A DNA stretch of 64,000 nucleotides from an uncultured Candidatus Rokubacteria bacterium. GTDB taxonomy: Bacteria > Methylomirabilota > Methylomirabilia > Rokubacteriales > CSP1-6. Positions 29,818 through 39,653 of this stretch are shown one piece after another (position 1 is the first letter of the stretch; the number at the start of each line of letters is the position of its first letter). The translations under genes were made by a program, and so were the position numbers. The DNA is taken from contig CAVWFS010000018.1 in the NCBI GenBank assembly GCA_963754315.1, positions 96,001-160,000 of the forward strand, written 5' to 3'. The notes below the pieces were generated by a model that saw only the letters and a list, made by a program, of their open reading frames with translations, had not been told where the DNA came from and did not search any database.

Positions 29818-31491
29818 CCGGGATTTCCAATATGGACCGATTCCCGCCCCAGTGGCGGCGTCCACTGAGCGAACCGTCCCGTCAGTCCGCTCGTGAACGC
29901 GTCCCAACACCTCAACGGCAGTCATTTCGGCGACCCTAGTGAATTGTGCCCCCGTCGTTCCCCGGGGTGGTCACTCCGACCGTCGCGTTCAGAGACACTC
30001 CTACCGGATCGCCAACTCACTCGTCATCGCCTTCACTCCGTGGGGCTCGTGATCACGTCGGATGCCACGCGAGCCGCTCGATGCGCCCGACAATCTGCCC
30101 AAACAGGCGTGATGTCAAGTGGCTCTCGGCGAGCTGCAGGACGAAGTACCGCGCATGCCGGATCAGGCGCCCACCGGTCTTGAACAGCCGCTGTTGCAAG
30201 CTCGTCAGTGACCAACTCTGGATGGCGAGCGGCAAGACGAGCCGCCGCAGGAGATTGCCGAGATTGTAGGCGATGACCCCGAGGAGTAACCGCACCTCGT
30301 TGGCCCGGAACCGGTGGCAGGAGAGCCGGGTCCAGTGGGTGGCTTCCTTGCCCTCCTTGATCCACTGCTCCGCCGTGCCGCGTTGGTTGTAGAAATTGAC
30401 GACGGCTCGGTTCGTCCCGGTGAGCGTGGTGACGATGAAGCCGACCCGAGGGAAGAGTTCTCCGAGGTGATGCTCGATCTTGGCGATCACGCGTCGCGGT
30501 CGGTCCCAGGAGGCGGCCTGATACGCGAAGCTCCGATACCGGACCAGCGGCGCGTAGCTGGGTCGACCTCGGGGCCGGGTCAGCAAGTCCTCGATCCTCC
30601 GCTCCAGTACCTGATTGGCCGGAAGCCGGATGGCATAGGCCACGTCCCGCCGTTCCAGTGCCTCGTACAGCGCGGGGAGCGCGAAGGCCGCGTCTGCACG
30701 CACGACAACGGTCTGCTTCTGAGCCTGGTAGCGGTCAATGACGGGCAGCAGGACCTCCTCCCACCCGTCCGCACTGTGGACGTTGCCGGGTCGGAGCGTG
30801 GCGGCCAAACAGTCGCCGTGCTGGTTGAAGACGAAGAGCGGATGATAGCAGACGGACTCGAAGTGACCATTGTAGGCTGATTGCTCTTGGGCCCCGTGGA
30901 CCGGACTCTCGGAGCTGTCGATATCCAGGATCAGACGCCGCGCGAGCGGGCGGGCGGCCTCGCGCTGCACCAGGGCCGTGTTAAGGCGCACGAGCCCCTT
31001 ATAGTTCCGATCCTCCGCGAGGACTTCCGTTTCGAACCAGTGCAGGGTGGACGTCAGCGCGACGCTCATCTCCCGCCGCTTCCGCGAGGCCAGCATCCGA
31101 AACGTCGGGTCCTCGGCCAGTCGCTCCGCGTCGTTCGTGTCCTCGTACCCGGCCAGGCGACTATAGATGGACTGGCGAAAGAGATCTGGCAAGGGGAACT
31201 GATAATTTCGTCCGGTGCGAGGATCGGTGAGGTGTCGCTCGATCAGGGCGCTCAGACCGAGGCGCTCGTCCAACTCGCGTGGCAACAGCAGCCCGGCGTC
31301 GGAGGTCACCGTGGCTCCCCGGAACTCGACGCGAAGTTGGGGATTGAACGAGAGGCGAACTGGGTTCGATTTCGCGTCACCCATTGGGTGGTACCCTCCG
31401 CGCCAGCGGGGAGCCCCCGAGAGCCGCATTTCCTGCGGGGTCTGACGCGATTATGGCCTGATCTGTTCGCCTCTCAAAACGAAAATGCGGG
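29818..31491 (-). mobile_element. IS1380-family insertion sequence, 1674 bp
   Basis: Imperfect IRs CCGGGATTTCC and (reverse complement) CCCGCATTTTC around an IS1380 transposase. Confidence 0.85.
30053..31384 (-). CDS. IS1380-family DDE transposase
   Basis: TSDAGLL, GYEDTND, LDIDSS, LRPGNVHSA, RADAAF, YNQRGTAEQWIKEGK. Confidence 0.95.
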   Translation of the reverse strand: MGDAKSNPVRLSFNPQLRVEFRGATVTSDAGLLLPRELDERLGLSALIERHLTDPRTGRNYQFPLPDLFRQSIYSRLAGYEDTNDAERLAEDPTFRMLASRKRREMSVALTSTLHWFETEVLAEDRNYKGLVRLNTALVQREAARPLARRLILDIDSSESPVHGAQEQSAYNGHFESVCYHPLFVFNQHGDCLAATLRPGNVHSADGWEEVLLPVIDRYQAQKQTVVVRADAAFALPALYEALERRDVAYAIRLPANQVLERRIEDLLTRPRGRPSYAPLVRYRSFAYQAASWDRPRRVIAKIEHHLGELFPRVGFIVTTLTGTNRAVVNFYNQRGTAEQWIKEGKEATHWTRLSCHRFRANEVRLLLGVIAYNLGNLLRRLVLPLAIQSWSLTSLQQRLFKTGGRLIRHARYFVLQLAESHLTSRLFGQIVGRIERLAWHPT

Positions 31492-31545
31492 GTAAGGGGT
31501 AAAGTGGGCTACATGACGACCCATGAACGTGACGCGGCCACGCCG

Positions 31546-32052
31546 ATGAACGTCTTCCAGGCCATTCGCACCTTGCTCGCCGTGCGGAGCTACAGGGACA
31601 CGCCGGTGCCTGATACCGTGGTCCGTCGGATCGTCGAGGCGGGGCGGCTGACCGGCAGTGGGATGAATGGCCAGCCCTGGCACTTCATCGTGGTCCGGGA
31701 CGGCGAGACATTGCGTCAACTCGGGGCCATGGCCTCGAGCGGGGCGTATGTCGCTCAAGCGCCGCTGGCGATTGTCGTGGCCACCGACAAGAGTCGGTTC
31801 GCCGTCTCCGACGCGAGTCGCGCGATCCAGTCAATGTTGCTGGCGGCGTGGGCCGATGGGGTGGGCTCGAACTGGGTAGGGTTCGGGGGCCTCACGAGAG
31901 TCAAGCCTCTGCTCGACATCCCAGCCGGCCTCGACGTGCTGGCGATCCTTCCGTTCGGGTATCCGGCTCGCACTGTGGGCCGGGGCAAGAAGCAGCGCAA
32001 GCCGCTGCGCGAGGTGGCGCATCTCGAGCGATATGGGCGCCCCTTCGAGTGA
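31546..32052 (+). CDS. Nitroreductase family protein
   Basis: LAVRSY, SGMNGQPWHF, GVGSNWVG, LPFGYP. The start could be 31513. Confidence 0.9.
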   Translation: MNVFQAIRTLLAVRSYRDTPVPDTVVRRIVEAGRLTGSGMNGQPWHFIVVRDGETLRQLGAMASSGAYVAQAPLAIVVATDKSRFAVSDASRAIQSMLLAAWADGVGSNWVGFGGLTRVKPLLDIPAGLDVLAILPFGYPARTVGRGKKQRKPLREVAHLERYGRPFE

Positions 32053-32156
32053 GGACCGGCCTCACGGCGTATGGCTCCGCCGCGACGGCGACGACCCTCC
32101 CTAGCCGGAAGGCGCCACCCTTCGCCAGGACAGCCTATCTCGTCCGCCCCTCGACC

Positions 32157-35100
32157 TCAGAGGGCTTGCTGACGGCGCAATCTCGTGTATCCGATCCCGA
32201 TCAGCACCAGCACCAGCGCGAGCATGGCCCACTCGGAGAGCGTGGGCACGGAAATCGTGCCCAGCCGGTTGCCAAAATTGTTTTCCTGGAGGTTTTGATT
32301 CTCCGTGAGGGTGAGGGCGTAGCCAAACCCGCTGACACCGTCCCGACCGGAACAGTCGACGGCGGTCGGCGCGGTCTGAACCCAGCCGACCTGCACGGTC
32401 TCACACACGGTGTAGGCGCCGGGCGCCAGCCCGGTGAAGTTGTAGGTGCCATCGGCTCCCGTGGTTGCCTGCTGATGGAAGCTCGGGTCGGCATTGCTGA
32501 AGAGGTGGATCTGCCAGCCCGCCAGCACGGGCTCGTCCGCCTCGCGGGTGCCATTGCCGTTCAGGTCATTCCATTTGAGGCCGCCGATCTGCCCCGTGGG
32601 CGGCACGATGGTCTGCCGGTTGCCGAAATTGTTTCCCTGGAGACTTTGATTCGCCGTGAGGGTGAGGGCGTAGCCAAATCCGCTGACGCCGGTCAGGCTC
32701 GAGCAGTTGGCTCCGGAGGTCGGAGCGGTCTGAGTCCAGCTGGCCTGCACGGTCTCGCACACCGTGTAGGTGCCGGGCGCCAGCCCCGTGAAGTTGTAGG
32801 TGCCATCGGCTCCCGTGGTTGCCTGTTGATGGAAGCTCGGGTCGGCATTATTGAAGAGGTGGATCTGCCAGCCCGCCAGGCCGGGCTCGCCCGCGTCGCG
32901 GGTGCCGTTGCCATTCAGATCATTCCACTTCAGGCCGCCGATCTGGCCCGTGGGCGGCACAATGCTGAGCCGGTTTCCGAAGTCGTTTCCCGAGATAGTC
33001 TCGTTCGACCTGATGAGGAACGCGTAACCGAGACCGCTGACGCCGGAAAGGCCCGAGCAGTCGACGACCAGATCGCCGCTCACCAGAGCTCTCAGGAGTT
33101 CGGCCGGCGCCGTCTGGACCCATCCGGACTGAACGGTCTCGCACGCCGTGTAGAGGCCAGGAGCCAGCTCGGTGAAGCTATAGTCGCCATTGTCGTCCGT
33201 GGTGGTCTGCAGATGGAAGCTCGGGTCGGTGTTGCTGAAGAGATGGATCTGCCAGCCTGCCAGCCCCGGCTCACCTGGATCCATGACGCCGTTGCCGTTC
33301 AGGTCGTTCCACTTCTTGCCCGTCTTGACGCCGGCCGATGGCGTGATCAATCGATTCCCAAAGTCGATTCCGCTGACGACCTGCCCGCCCACGATGGTGA
33401 CGAGGTGGCCGAAGTCGCTGCCGGTCAGGGCTTGGCAGCTCGGCCCGCTGGTCGGGAAGGTCTGGGTCCAGCCCGCGATCAAGGTCTCACAGACCTGATA
33501 GCTGCCATCGGCAAGATTCGAGAAGGTATACGAGCCGTCCGCTCCCGTGAAGGTGTTGGCCACTTCGGAGCCGCCCATGAAGAGGTGGATGTGCCACACC
33601 AGCAACCCGGGCTCACCCGCATCCTGGATGCCGTTGCCGTTCAGGTCATTCCACTTGGTGCCCGTGATCTGCCCGGTCGGGGGATCCTGCCGGTTTCCGA
33701 AGTCGTTCCCCTGGAACGTTTCAGTACCCTGCGTCACGAGGAACCCGTAACCTAGCCCACTGACGCCTGGGAGACCCTCACAGCTGATGATCAACTCACC
33801 AGGAGGCGTGCTCACGAGGGTCGGAAAGGTCTGGGTCCATCCGGGCTGCAGCGTCTCGCAGGTCCGGTAGGAGCCAGGAGCGATGCCCGTGAAGCTGTAG
33901 TTGCCGTTCGCGTCGGTGGTGATCTGCTGATGGATGCTCGGGTCGCTGCCGAAGAGGTGGATCTGCCAGCCCGGAAGATTGGGCTCCCCCGGATCCTGGA
34001 CGCCATTGCCGTTCCGATCGTCCCACTTTCTGCCCGACTTGCTCGCGCGCGACGGCAGGGGGAACTGGTTCCCGAAGTCGATGTTGCTCACGGTCTGCCC
34101 GCTCGTAACGGGAACCTGGTGGCCCCACGGGCTGCCCGTCAGTGGACGGTCGAGGCAGTTCAACCCGCTGGACGGGAACGTCTGGGTCCAGTCCACCTTC
34201 AGGACCTCGCAGACGTCGTAGGTGCCGGGGGCAAGCCCCCCGAAGGAGTACGAGCCAGTGTCGTCCGTGAACGCACTGCCAATTCGCAAGGGGCCGAGGA
34301 AGAGGACAATTTCCCACCCGGCGAGCCCAGGGTCACCGGGTTCTCGCACGCCGTTGCCGTTCAGGTCATTCCACTTGACGCCCGTGATCTGCCCGGTCTG
34401 TGGTGGGCCGCACGTGGCGCTGCAGGTCGAGGGAAGCGTCACATAGCTCGGGAGCATCGGCGCGCCCCCACATGCAGTGCTGATGACTGGGCTGAAGCTC
34501 CCCTGCGTCGCCGGAAAGTCCGCGGTGGCGGTGACGGATCCGCACCCGCTCAGATTGATGACCCCGCTAGCACCGCCCATCAGGGGACTGCCCGTGGGCT
34601 GTGCGTTGCCGATGCCGGTCGCCCAGCTCAGCGGGCCGTTGAACGCGCGGATCGGGGCAGCAGCAGTCCCGATCTGGCCGCCAATGCCGAAGCCACCCGT
34701 GCCGACGATGTCGCCCTGGGCGGAGATATTGGCCCCATCCAGCGTGACGTTCTGGCTGGCCTGAATGTGAACCTGGCCGCCGTCGCCTCCGGCAGGCGTC
34801 GCATTGGCCTGGGCGACGTTGCCGGAGGCGATCACATCGGACGTGGTCGAGGCGATGTTGATGCGTCCGCCGTGCCCCGTGTTGACGCCCAGCATGTTGG
34901 CGTGAACGGCGAACTGGCTGAAGAAACCCTGGTTGTTCCCCGGAATCGGCACCGTGCGATCGTTGCCGGGCCCGTCGTTGATCGTGATCACACCGTTGGC
35001 AAAGATATCGATCCAGCTGCGCCCGCTCGACCCACCGGCGAAGCCGATGTCGGCGTTGATCTCGCCGTGATTGGTCCCCGTGCTGTCGATCAGAACGGTG

Positions 35101-35855
35101 TTTCCCGACCAGATCTCGACACAGGCCACCGAATTCGCAGGCTTGTCCGCTCGCGCGCAGTGATTCGGTGGCAGCGCGTGACCGTTGCCGGTGGACTCGA
35201 CCCGGCCAAGGATGGTCACGTCGCAACCCTCCAGATGCACGAGATCCGCTCCCGGATCCAAGCCTCGACTGCTCACCCGGCCAGCCCCGTCGATCGTCAG
35301 CCGGCAGCCGGCCTTGATCGTGATCGGCCCGCCACCGGGCGGCTGCACGGCGCCCGTGCCGGTGATGCCCCCGACCGATTCGACCAGACCTCCGATCATG
35401 ATCTGACCGGCACCCAGGGTGGTGATGGAGATGGGCCCGCCCGAGCAGGCATTGGACCGGATCTCCGAGCCGAGGCTGGTGACCACGTCTCCGTTCACCG
35501 TGATCGTGATGGGGACGCCGTTTCTCGGATTGCCACCGGCGCACTGCCCGTCCCCACCGGTGATTGCGCTGCCCGGGGCCATCACCAGGTCGCCTGACGT
35601 GATGTTGATCGTCAGCGGAGTCGGGGCGACGCCCGGAAGGGCCCTGATGGTTCCGCCCCCGAGCAGGCGCAGCGTCGTGTCGAAGGTCAGCACGCCGCTC
35701 ACGACAGGGCTCAGGACCGAAACCTGACACTCGCCGGCGACGACCACCCCGCCCACGGTCCCACAGTCATCGGCGCGCGCGCTCGCCGTGAGCCCAAGAA
35801 GCGCAGCCAGCGAAATCGCGAGAACGAGTGCTGCCGCCCTTGGCCGTCCGAGCAT
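32157..35855 (-). CDS. Large surface protein: Gly/Cys-rich N-terminal region, six SdrD-B-like repeats, IPTL-CTERM sorting signal
   Basis: Signal peptide; six KW(N/D)DxNGNG..PxLxxWxIxL repeats; C-terminus VPTLSEWAMLALVLVLIGIGYTRLRR. Confidence 0.88.
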   Translation of the reverse strand: MLGRPRAAALVLAISLAALLGLTASARADDCGTVGGVVVAGECQVSVLSPVVSGVLTFDTTLRLLGGGTIRALPGVAPTPLTINITSGDLVMAPGSAITGGDGQCAGGNPRNGVPITITVNGDVVTSLGSEIRSNACSGGPISITTLGAGQIMIGGLVESVGGITGTGAVQPPGGGPITIKAGCRLTIDGAGRVSSRGLDPGADLVHLEGCDVTILGRVESTGNGHALPPNHCARADKPANSVACVEIWSGNTVLIDSTGTNHGEINADIGFAGGSSGRSWIDIFANGVITINDGPGNDRTVPIPGNNQGFFSQFAVHANMLGVNTGHGGRINIASTTSDVIASGNVAQANATPAGGDGGQVHIQASQNVTLDGANISAQGDIVGTGGFGIGGQIGTAAAPIRAFNGPLSWATGIGNAQPTGSPLMGGASGVINLSGCGSVTATADFPATQGSFSPVISTACGGAPMLPSYVTLPSTCSATCGPPQTGQITGVKWNDLNGNGVREPGDPGLAGWEIVLFLGPLRIGSAFTDDTGSYSFGGLAPGTYDVCEVLKVDWTQTFPSSGLNCLDRPLTGSPWGHQVPVTSGQTVSNIDFGNQFPLPSRASKSGRKWDDRNGNGVQDPGEPNLPGWQIHLFGSDPSIHQQITTDANGNYSFTGIAPGSYRTCETLQPGWTQTFPTLVSTPPGELIISCEGLPGVSGLGYGFLVTQGTETFQGNDFGNRQDPPTGQITGTKWNDLNGNGIQDAGEPGLLVWHIHLFMGGSEVANTFTGADGSYTFSNLADGSYQVCETLIAGWTQTFPTSGPSCQALTGSDFGHLVTIVGGQVVSGIDFGNRLITPSAGVKTGKKWNDLNGNGVMDPGEPGLAGWQIHLFSNTDPSFHLQTTTDDNGDYSFTELAPGLYTACETVQSGWVQTAPAELLRALVSGDLVVDCSGLSGVSGLGYAFLIRSNETISGNDFGNRLSIVPPTGQIGGLKWNDLNGNGTRDAGEPGLAGWQIHLFNNADPSFHQQATTGADGTYNFTGLAPGTYTVCETVQASWTQTAPTSGANCSSLTGVSGFGYALTLTANQSLQGNNFGNRQTIVPPTGQIGGLKWNDLNGNGTREADEPVLAGWQIHLFSNADPSFHQQATTGADGTYNFTGLAPGAYTVCETVQVGWVQTAPTAVDCSGRDGVSGFGYALTLTENQNLQENNFGNRLGTISVPTLSEWAMLALVLVLIGIGYTRLRRQQAL
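32262..34397 (-). repeat. Six intragenic ~115-125 aa repeats; the last two are near-identical at DNA level (354-bp period)
   Basis: gccgccgatctg(g/c)cccgtgggcggcac occurs at 32580 and 32934, and long identical blocks are shared. Confidence 0.9.
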
Positions 35856-36233
35856 AATACGCTCCCTCCGCCATCTTTCGCGTCGCTCGGACTGCAAAGG
35901 TCCGCGCCACGCTTCTGAATGTCTGGTCAGCGAGCCTAGGTCAAACTAGCATAACCAGGGCGGGGACTTAGAATCTTATATCTCATACGTCACCCGATGT
36001 GCCCTTCGGCCTTGTCCCGTTGCGCGCTACCATCGATTCGACCGGGCCCCTTTGTGCCGCGTCTCCCCCATCAGCTTCGCCGCTGCACGTCATTCTCACC
36101 CGCAATTATTCGGGTGTACCCACCCGCGGCGGACTGCACCGTCAGCAGGCTCGACCTGGGCGACGGGGCGCGATACCTTTTACCTTTATCTGGTGTGCGG
36201 GACTTGGCAACGCCAGTCGGCAAGGAGCGCGTG

Positions 36234-37244
36234 ATGGGAGAGCAACTCGGGCGCCGGGATTTTCTCGAGAAGACGACCGTGTTGGCTGCGGCCAGCATGC
36301 CAGTCGTATCCATCTTGTGGTCGACCCCCGCTCGGGCGACGGGTGGGGCAGGAGGATCCCTCATGAAGACAGCGTATGATCCAGCGGCGAAGTTCGACCT
36401 CAAGGTGAGCGACGTCGAGTTTCGGCGCACGGCGAGCGGGCGAATGCTGATGGCGCGTCTCTATCAACCGCAGGGTGTCGGACCGTTCCCGACCTTGCTC
36501 GATCTGCACGGGGGCGCCTGGAACAACAAGGACCGCCTGGCCAACGAGCCGATGGACCGCGCGGTGGCGGCAAGCGGGGTGCTCGTGGTGGCCATCGACA
36601 TGACCCTGGCGCCGGAAGCCCCCTATCCGGCTTCGGTGCAGGACGCGAACTACGGAGTCCGCTGGCTCAAATCGAGAGCGGCCGAGTGGAACGGAGACGC
36701 GGCGAATCTCGGCGTGCTGGGTAGCTCCAGCGGCGGGCACGTCGCCGAGCTGCTGGGCCTGCGCCCGCGCGACGCGCGCTACAACGCGATTCCGCTGGTG
36801 TCGACCCCAAGCGTCGATGCGACAGTGGCGTACGTGGCCACGCGGTCTCCGATCAGCGACACCTACGCGCGCTTCCAGCAGGCGGAGAAAATGAAGCGCG
36901 AGGGGATGATCAAGAACAACAAGACCTACTTTCAACCGTGGGAGACCATCTTCGAGGGCAATCCCCAGCAGATCCTCGATCGTCGCGAGGCGGTGACCCT
37001 TCCGCCGCTGCTGATCATGCAAGGGGGCCTCGACGACAACGTGTTGCCGGCCCTCCAGGAGAAATTTGCCGCGTCCTACCGAGCGGCCGGCGGCGAGTGC
37101 GAGCTTCACGTCTTCGAAGGGTGCGAGCACGAGTGGGTCGCCAAGCCGGGACCGCAGACCGACCGTGCCCACGAGATGGTGAAGGCGTTCATCGCGCGCA
37201 ATCTGGCGGCGGCCGCTCGCGCTCCTCGCGGAGCCCCTCGGTGA
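36234..37244 (+). CDS. Alpha/beta hydrolase (HSL/esterase family) with Tat signal
   Basis: GRRDFL, HGGAW, GSSSGG. Confidence 0.88.
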   Translation: MGEQLGRRDFLEKTTVLAAASMPVVSILWSTPARATGGAGGSLMKTAYDPAAKFDLKVSDVEFRRTASGRMLMARLYQPQGVGPFPTLLDLHGGAWNNKDRLANEPMDRAVAASGVLVVAIDMTLAPEAPYPASVQDANYGVRWLKSRAAEWNGDAANLGVLGSSSGGHVAELLGLRPRDARYNAIPLVSTPSVDATVAYVATRSPISDTYARFQQAEKMKREGMIKNNKTYFQPWETIFEGNPQQILDRREAVTLPPLLIMQGGLDDNVLPALQEKFAASYRAAGGECELHVFEGCEHEWVAKPGPQTDRAHEMVKAFIARNLAAAARAPRGAPR

Positions 37245-37331
37245 GGGTGTCCGACCACCGACGGCCGAAGGCGAGCAACAGGAGAACTGGGTGACTGCCG
37301 CGACCATCGAGACCTTGAAGAGGAGGCGCGC

Positions 37332-38414
37332 ATGCATGCCGGCCTGGTGATGGAATGCGACTATCGCGAGGGGAGGACGCAGGAGGAGGCGTTTGCCGAG
37401 GCGATGGACATCGCCGAGATTGCGGAGACGCAAGGGCTCGACGGCGTCTGGCTGGCCGAGCGGCACTTCGCCATGCACCGGAGACCGACCGATCCGATGG
37501 GCGCCGGCATCCCGTCGATCGCCTCCGTGCCGCTCGTGCTGGCCGCGGCCATCGCCGCCCGCACGTCCCGCCTCCGGATCGGCACCGGCGTCAGCGTCCT
37601 CCCGCTCTGTCACCCCATCCGCACGGCCGAGGAGGCGGCCACCGTCGATCAGATCAGCCAGGGCCGGCTCGACTTCGGCGTGGGACGCAGCGGTTTTCCC
37701 CGCGCCTACGCTGGCTATGGCATTCGCTACGACGAGAGCCGCGAGCGGTTCCAGGAATCACTCGACGTTATTCTCAAGGCGTGGACACAGGACGGGTTCT
37801 CGCACACGGGGCGATATTTCACGTTCGACAATCTGACCGTCGTGCCGCGCCCCTATCAGAAGCCTCACCCGCCGATCTGGGTGGCGGCCACCACTCACGA
37901 CACGTTTCCCATGGTCGGTCGCATGGGCTTCTCGCTGGTCACGGGCCTGCGCGGCTTCGATGCCCCCGAGGCTGTCCAGCACCTGCAAGCGTACCGTACG
38001 GCGTTGCGAGAGGCGGGACATCCGGGCGATGGCAACGTTTACTTGCGCATTCCGGTCTACGTCGCGGCCACCGCGAGCCAGGCGCGCGCAGAGCCGGAAG
38101 AGAGCACCATGAGGTCGTATCGCCGGTTGGCCGAGAACTTTGCCTCGTCGGTCGGCGCGTCGGGGACAACCGTTTCGGAAGAGCGGGCAGAGCGGGCTGA
38201 GCGCCTCGCCAACCTGACCTACGACGACGTGCTGCGCGATCGGGTGGCCTACGGCACCCCCGACATGGTCGTCGATCGGCTGAGTCAACTGCGCGACGAG
38301 CTTGGCCTGTCGGGGGTTATCGTGGAGCCGAATGTCGGCGGGCGCATCCCGCTCGAGCGCGTCCTCAGCTCGATCCGCCTCTATGCGCAGGAGGTCGCTC
38401 CGCGTCTGCATTGA
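37332..38414 (+). CDS. LLM class flavin-dependent oxidoreductase
   Basis: WLAERHF, HPIRTAEEAATVDQISQGRLDFGVGR, PYQKPHPPIW. Confidence 0.92.
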   Translation: MHAGLVMECDYREGRTQEEAFAEAMDIAEIAETQGLDGVWLAERHFAMHRRPTDPMGAGIPSIASVPLVLAAAIAARTSRLRIGTGVSVLPLCHPIRTAEEAATVDQISQGRLDFGVGRSGFPRAYAGYGIRYDESRERFQESLDVILKAWTQDGFSHTGRYFTFDNLTVVPRPYQKPHPPIWVAATTHDTFPMVGRMGFSLVTGLRGFDAPEAVQHLQAYRTALREAGHPGDGNVYLRIPVYVAATASQARAEPEESTMRSYRRLAENFASSVGASGTTVSEERAERAERLANLTYDDVLRDRVAYGTPDMVVDRLSQLRDELGLSGVIVEPNVGGRIPLERVLSSIRLYAQEVAPRLH

Positions 38415-38462
38415 CACTTCGCTCGCCTGCGTCGCGGCGGTCGGCAGGCGGCGGCGCCTGCC

Positions 38463-39653
38463 TCAGCCCCACAGCCGCTCGGAGGCGATCCGGGCACCCT
38501 GCACGAGAGCCTCGAACTTGGCCCACATGACGGTCGGGTGCTGGCGCTGGAACAGGGCGCCCTGAGCAAAGCCGCAATCGGCGCCGGCAATGACGCGTTC
38601 GCGGCCCACGATGCTGGCGAAGTTCACGAGGCGCTCGGCCACCGTCTCCGGGTGCTCGACCACGGCAGTGGTGTGGGCGATCACCCCGGGGATGAGCACC
38701 TTGCCCTCGGGCAGCCGCACATCCTTCCACACACGCCACTCGTAAGCATGTCGTGGGGTGGCAGCCTCGATGGAATAGGCCTGGGCACGGACCCGTAACA
38801 CGAGATCGACAACGTCACGCAGGCCGAGGTCATGAAGGTGCGGCCCCTGCCAGCTCCCCCAGCAGAGGTGGTAGCGGATTCGGTCCTCGGGAAGGCCGGC
38901 CAGGGCGTGGTTGAGGGCGTCGAGATTCCTGGCCTGCATCTTCCGGTAGTCTTCGAGGGGCGGGGCTGGGATCAGCATGTCCCACGTCTCGCCAAGACCG
39001 GGATCGTCGATCTGAAGGATAAAGCCGGCGTCGACGATGGCCCGATACTCGACCTTGAGGGCCTCGGCGATGGCGAAGACGTAGGCCTCCTCGGTCGGGT
39101 AGAAGCGATTCTGGCCCCGGCCGACCATGGCCGGCGCGATGGCGGGCACGAAGGCTTCGGCGACGCCCACGCCCTGGAGGGCGGCGCGGAGGGTCGCGAG
39201 GTCCCGCTGCAATAGCGCTTGGCCCTTATAGGTGATAGGTCCCTCGCACACCGTGGGGGGCGAGGCCAGCGGCATCTCCCGCGGCAGGTAGTCCGCGTAG
39301 TACTCGCGGAAGGCGCGCCACTCGCGTCGACTGTCCACGCGTCGCGCCCACAGGCCGGCGCCGGTCAAGGTGGCGCTCGGGTCAGTCCCGGCAGCCGGCG
39401 CGAAGCCCGTCAACCGCTCGTCGGTGTACGCGAGGAAGCTCGTCTTGCTCATCTCGCCGTCGGACACGATATCGAGGCCGACTTCGGCCTGCCTCCGGAC
39501 CACGTCGGCCACGGCCTCGGCGGCTCGGGCCGCCAGATCGCTCTCGTCGATCGACTGGCCGGCCAGGCGTGCCCGGAGGAGGGCCCGGATGCTCTCGGGA
39601 CGCGGAATGCTTCCGACGTGGGTAGTCAGGATGCGATCGGTGCTGGTCTTCAT
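38463..39653 (-). CDS. Cobalamin-independent methionine synthase II family protein
   Basis: TTHVGSIPRP, SDGE, HLCWG, DCGF. Confidence 0.9.
   Translation of the reverse strand: MKTSTDRILTTHVGSIPRPESIRALLRARLAGQSIDESDLAARAAEAVADVVRRQAEVGLDIVSDGEMSKTSFLAYTDERLTGFAPAAGTDPSATLTGAGLWARRVDSRREWRAFREYYADYLPREMPLASPPTVCEGPITYKGQALLQRDLATLRAALQGVGVAEAFVPAIAPAMVGRGQNRFYPTEEAYVFAIAEALKVEYRAIVDAGFILQIDDPGLGETWDMLIPAPPLEDYRKMQARNLDALNHALAGLPEDRIRYHLCWGSWQGPHLHDLGLRDVVDLVLRVRAQAYSIEAATPRHAYEWRVWKDVRLPEGKVLIPGVIAHTTAVVEHPETVAERLVNFASIVGRERVIAGADCGFAQGALFQRQHPTVMWAKFEALVQGARIASERLWG

Larger units (their letters stand above)
27410..31491 (-). mobile_element. Putative IS1380 one-ended transposition unit (IS plus 2.4 kb cargo)
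   Basis: GTAAG direct repeats at 27405-27409 and 31492-31496. The alternative IRR CCGAGATCACCAGCAT matches the IRR CCGGGATTTCCAATAT at 11/16. Confidence 0.65.

Noticed and set aside
31848..35597. Long plus-strand ORFs (635 aa and 555 aa)
   Set aside because: Antisense to the repeat surface protein.
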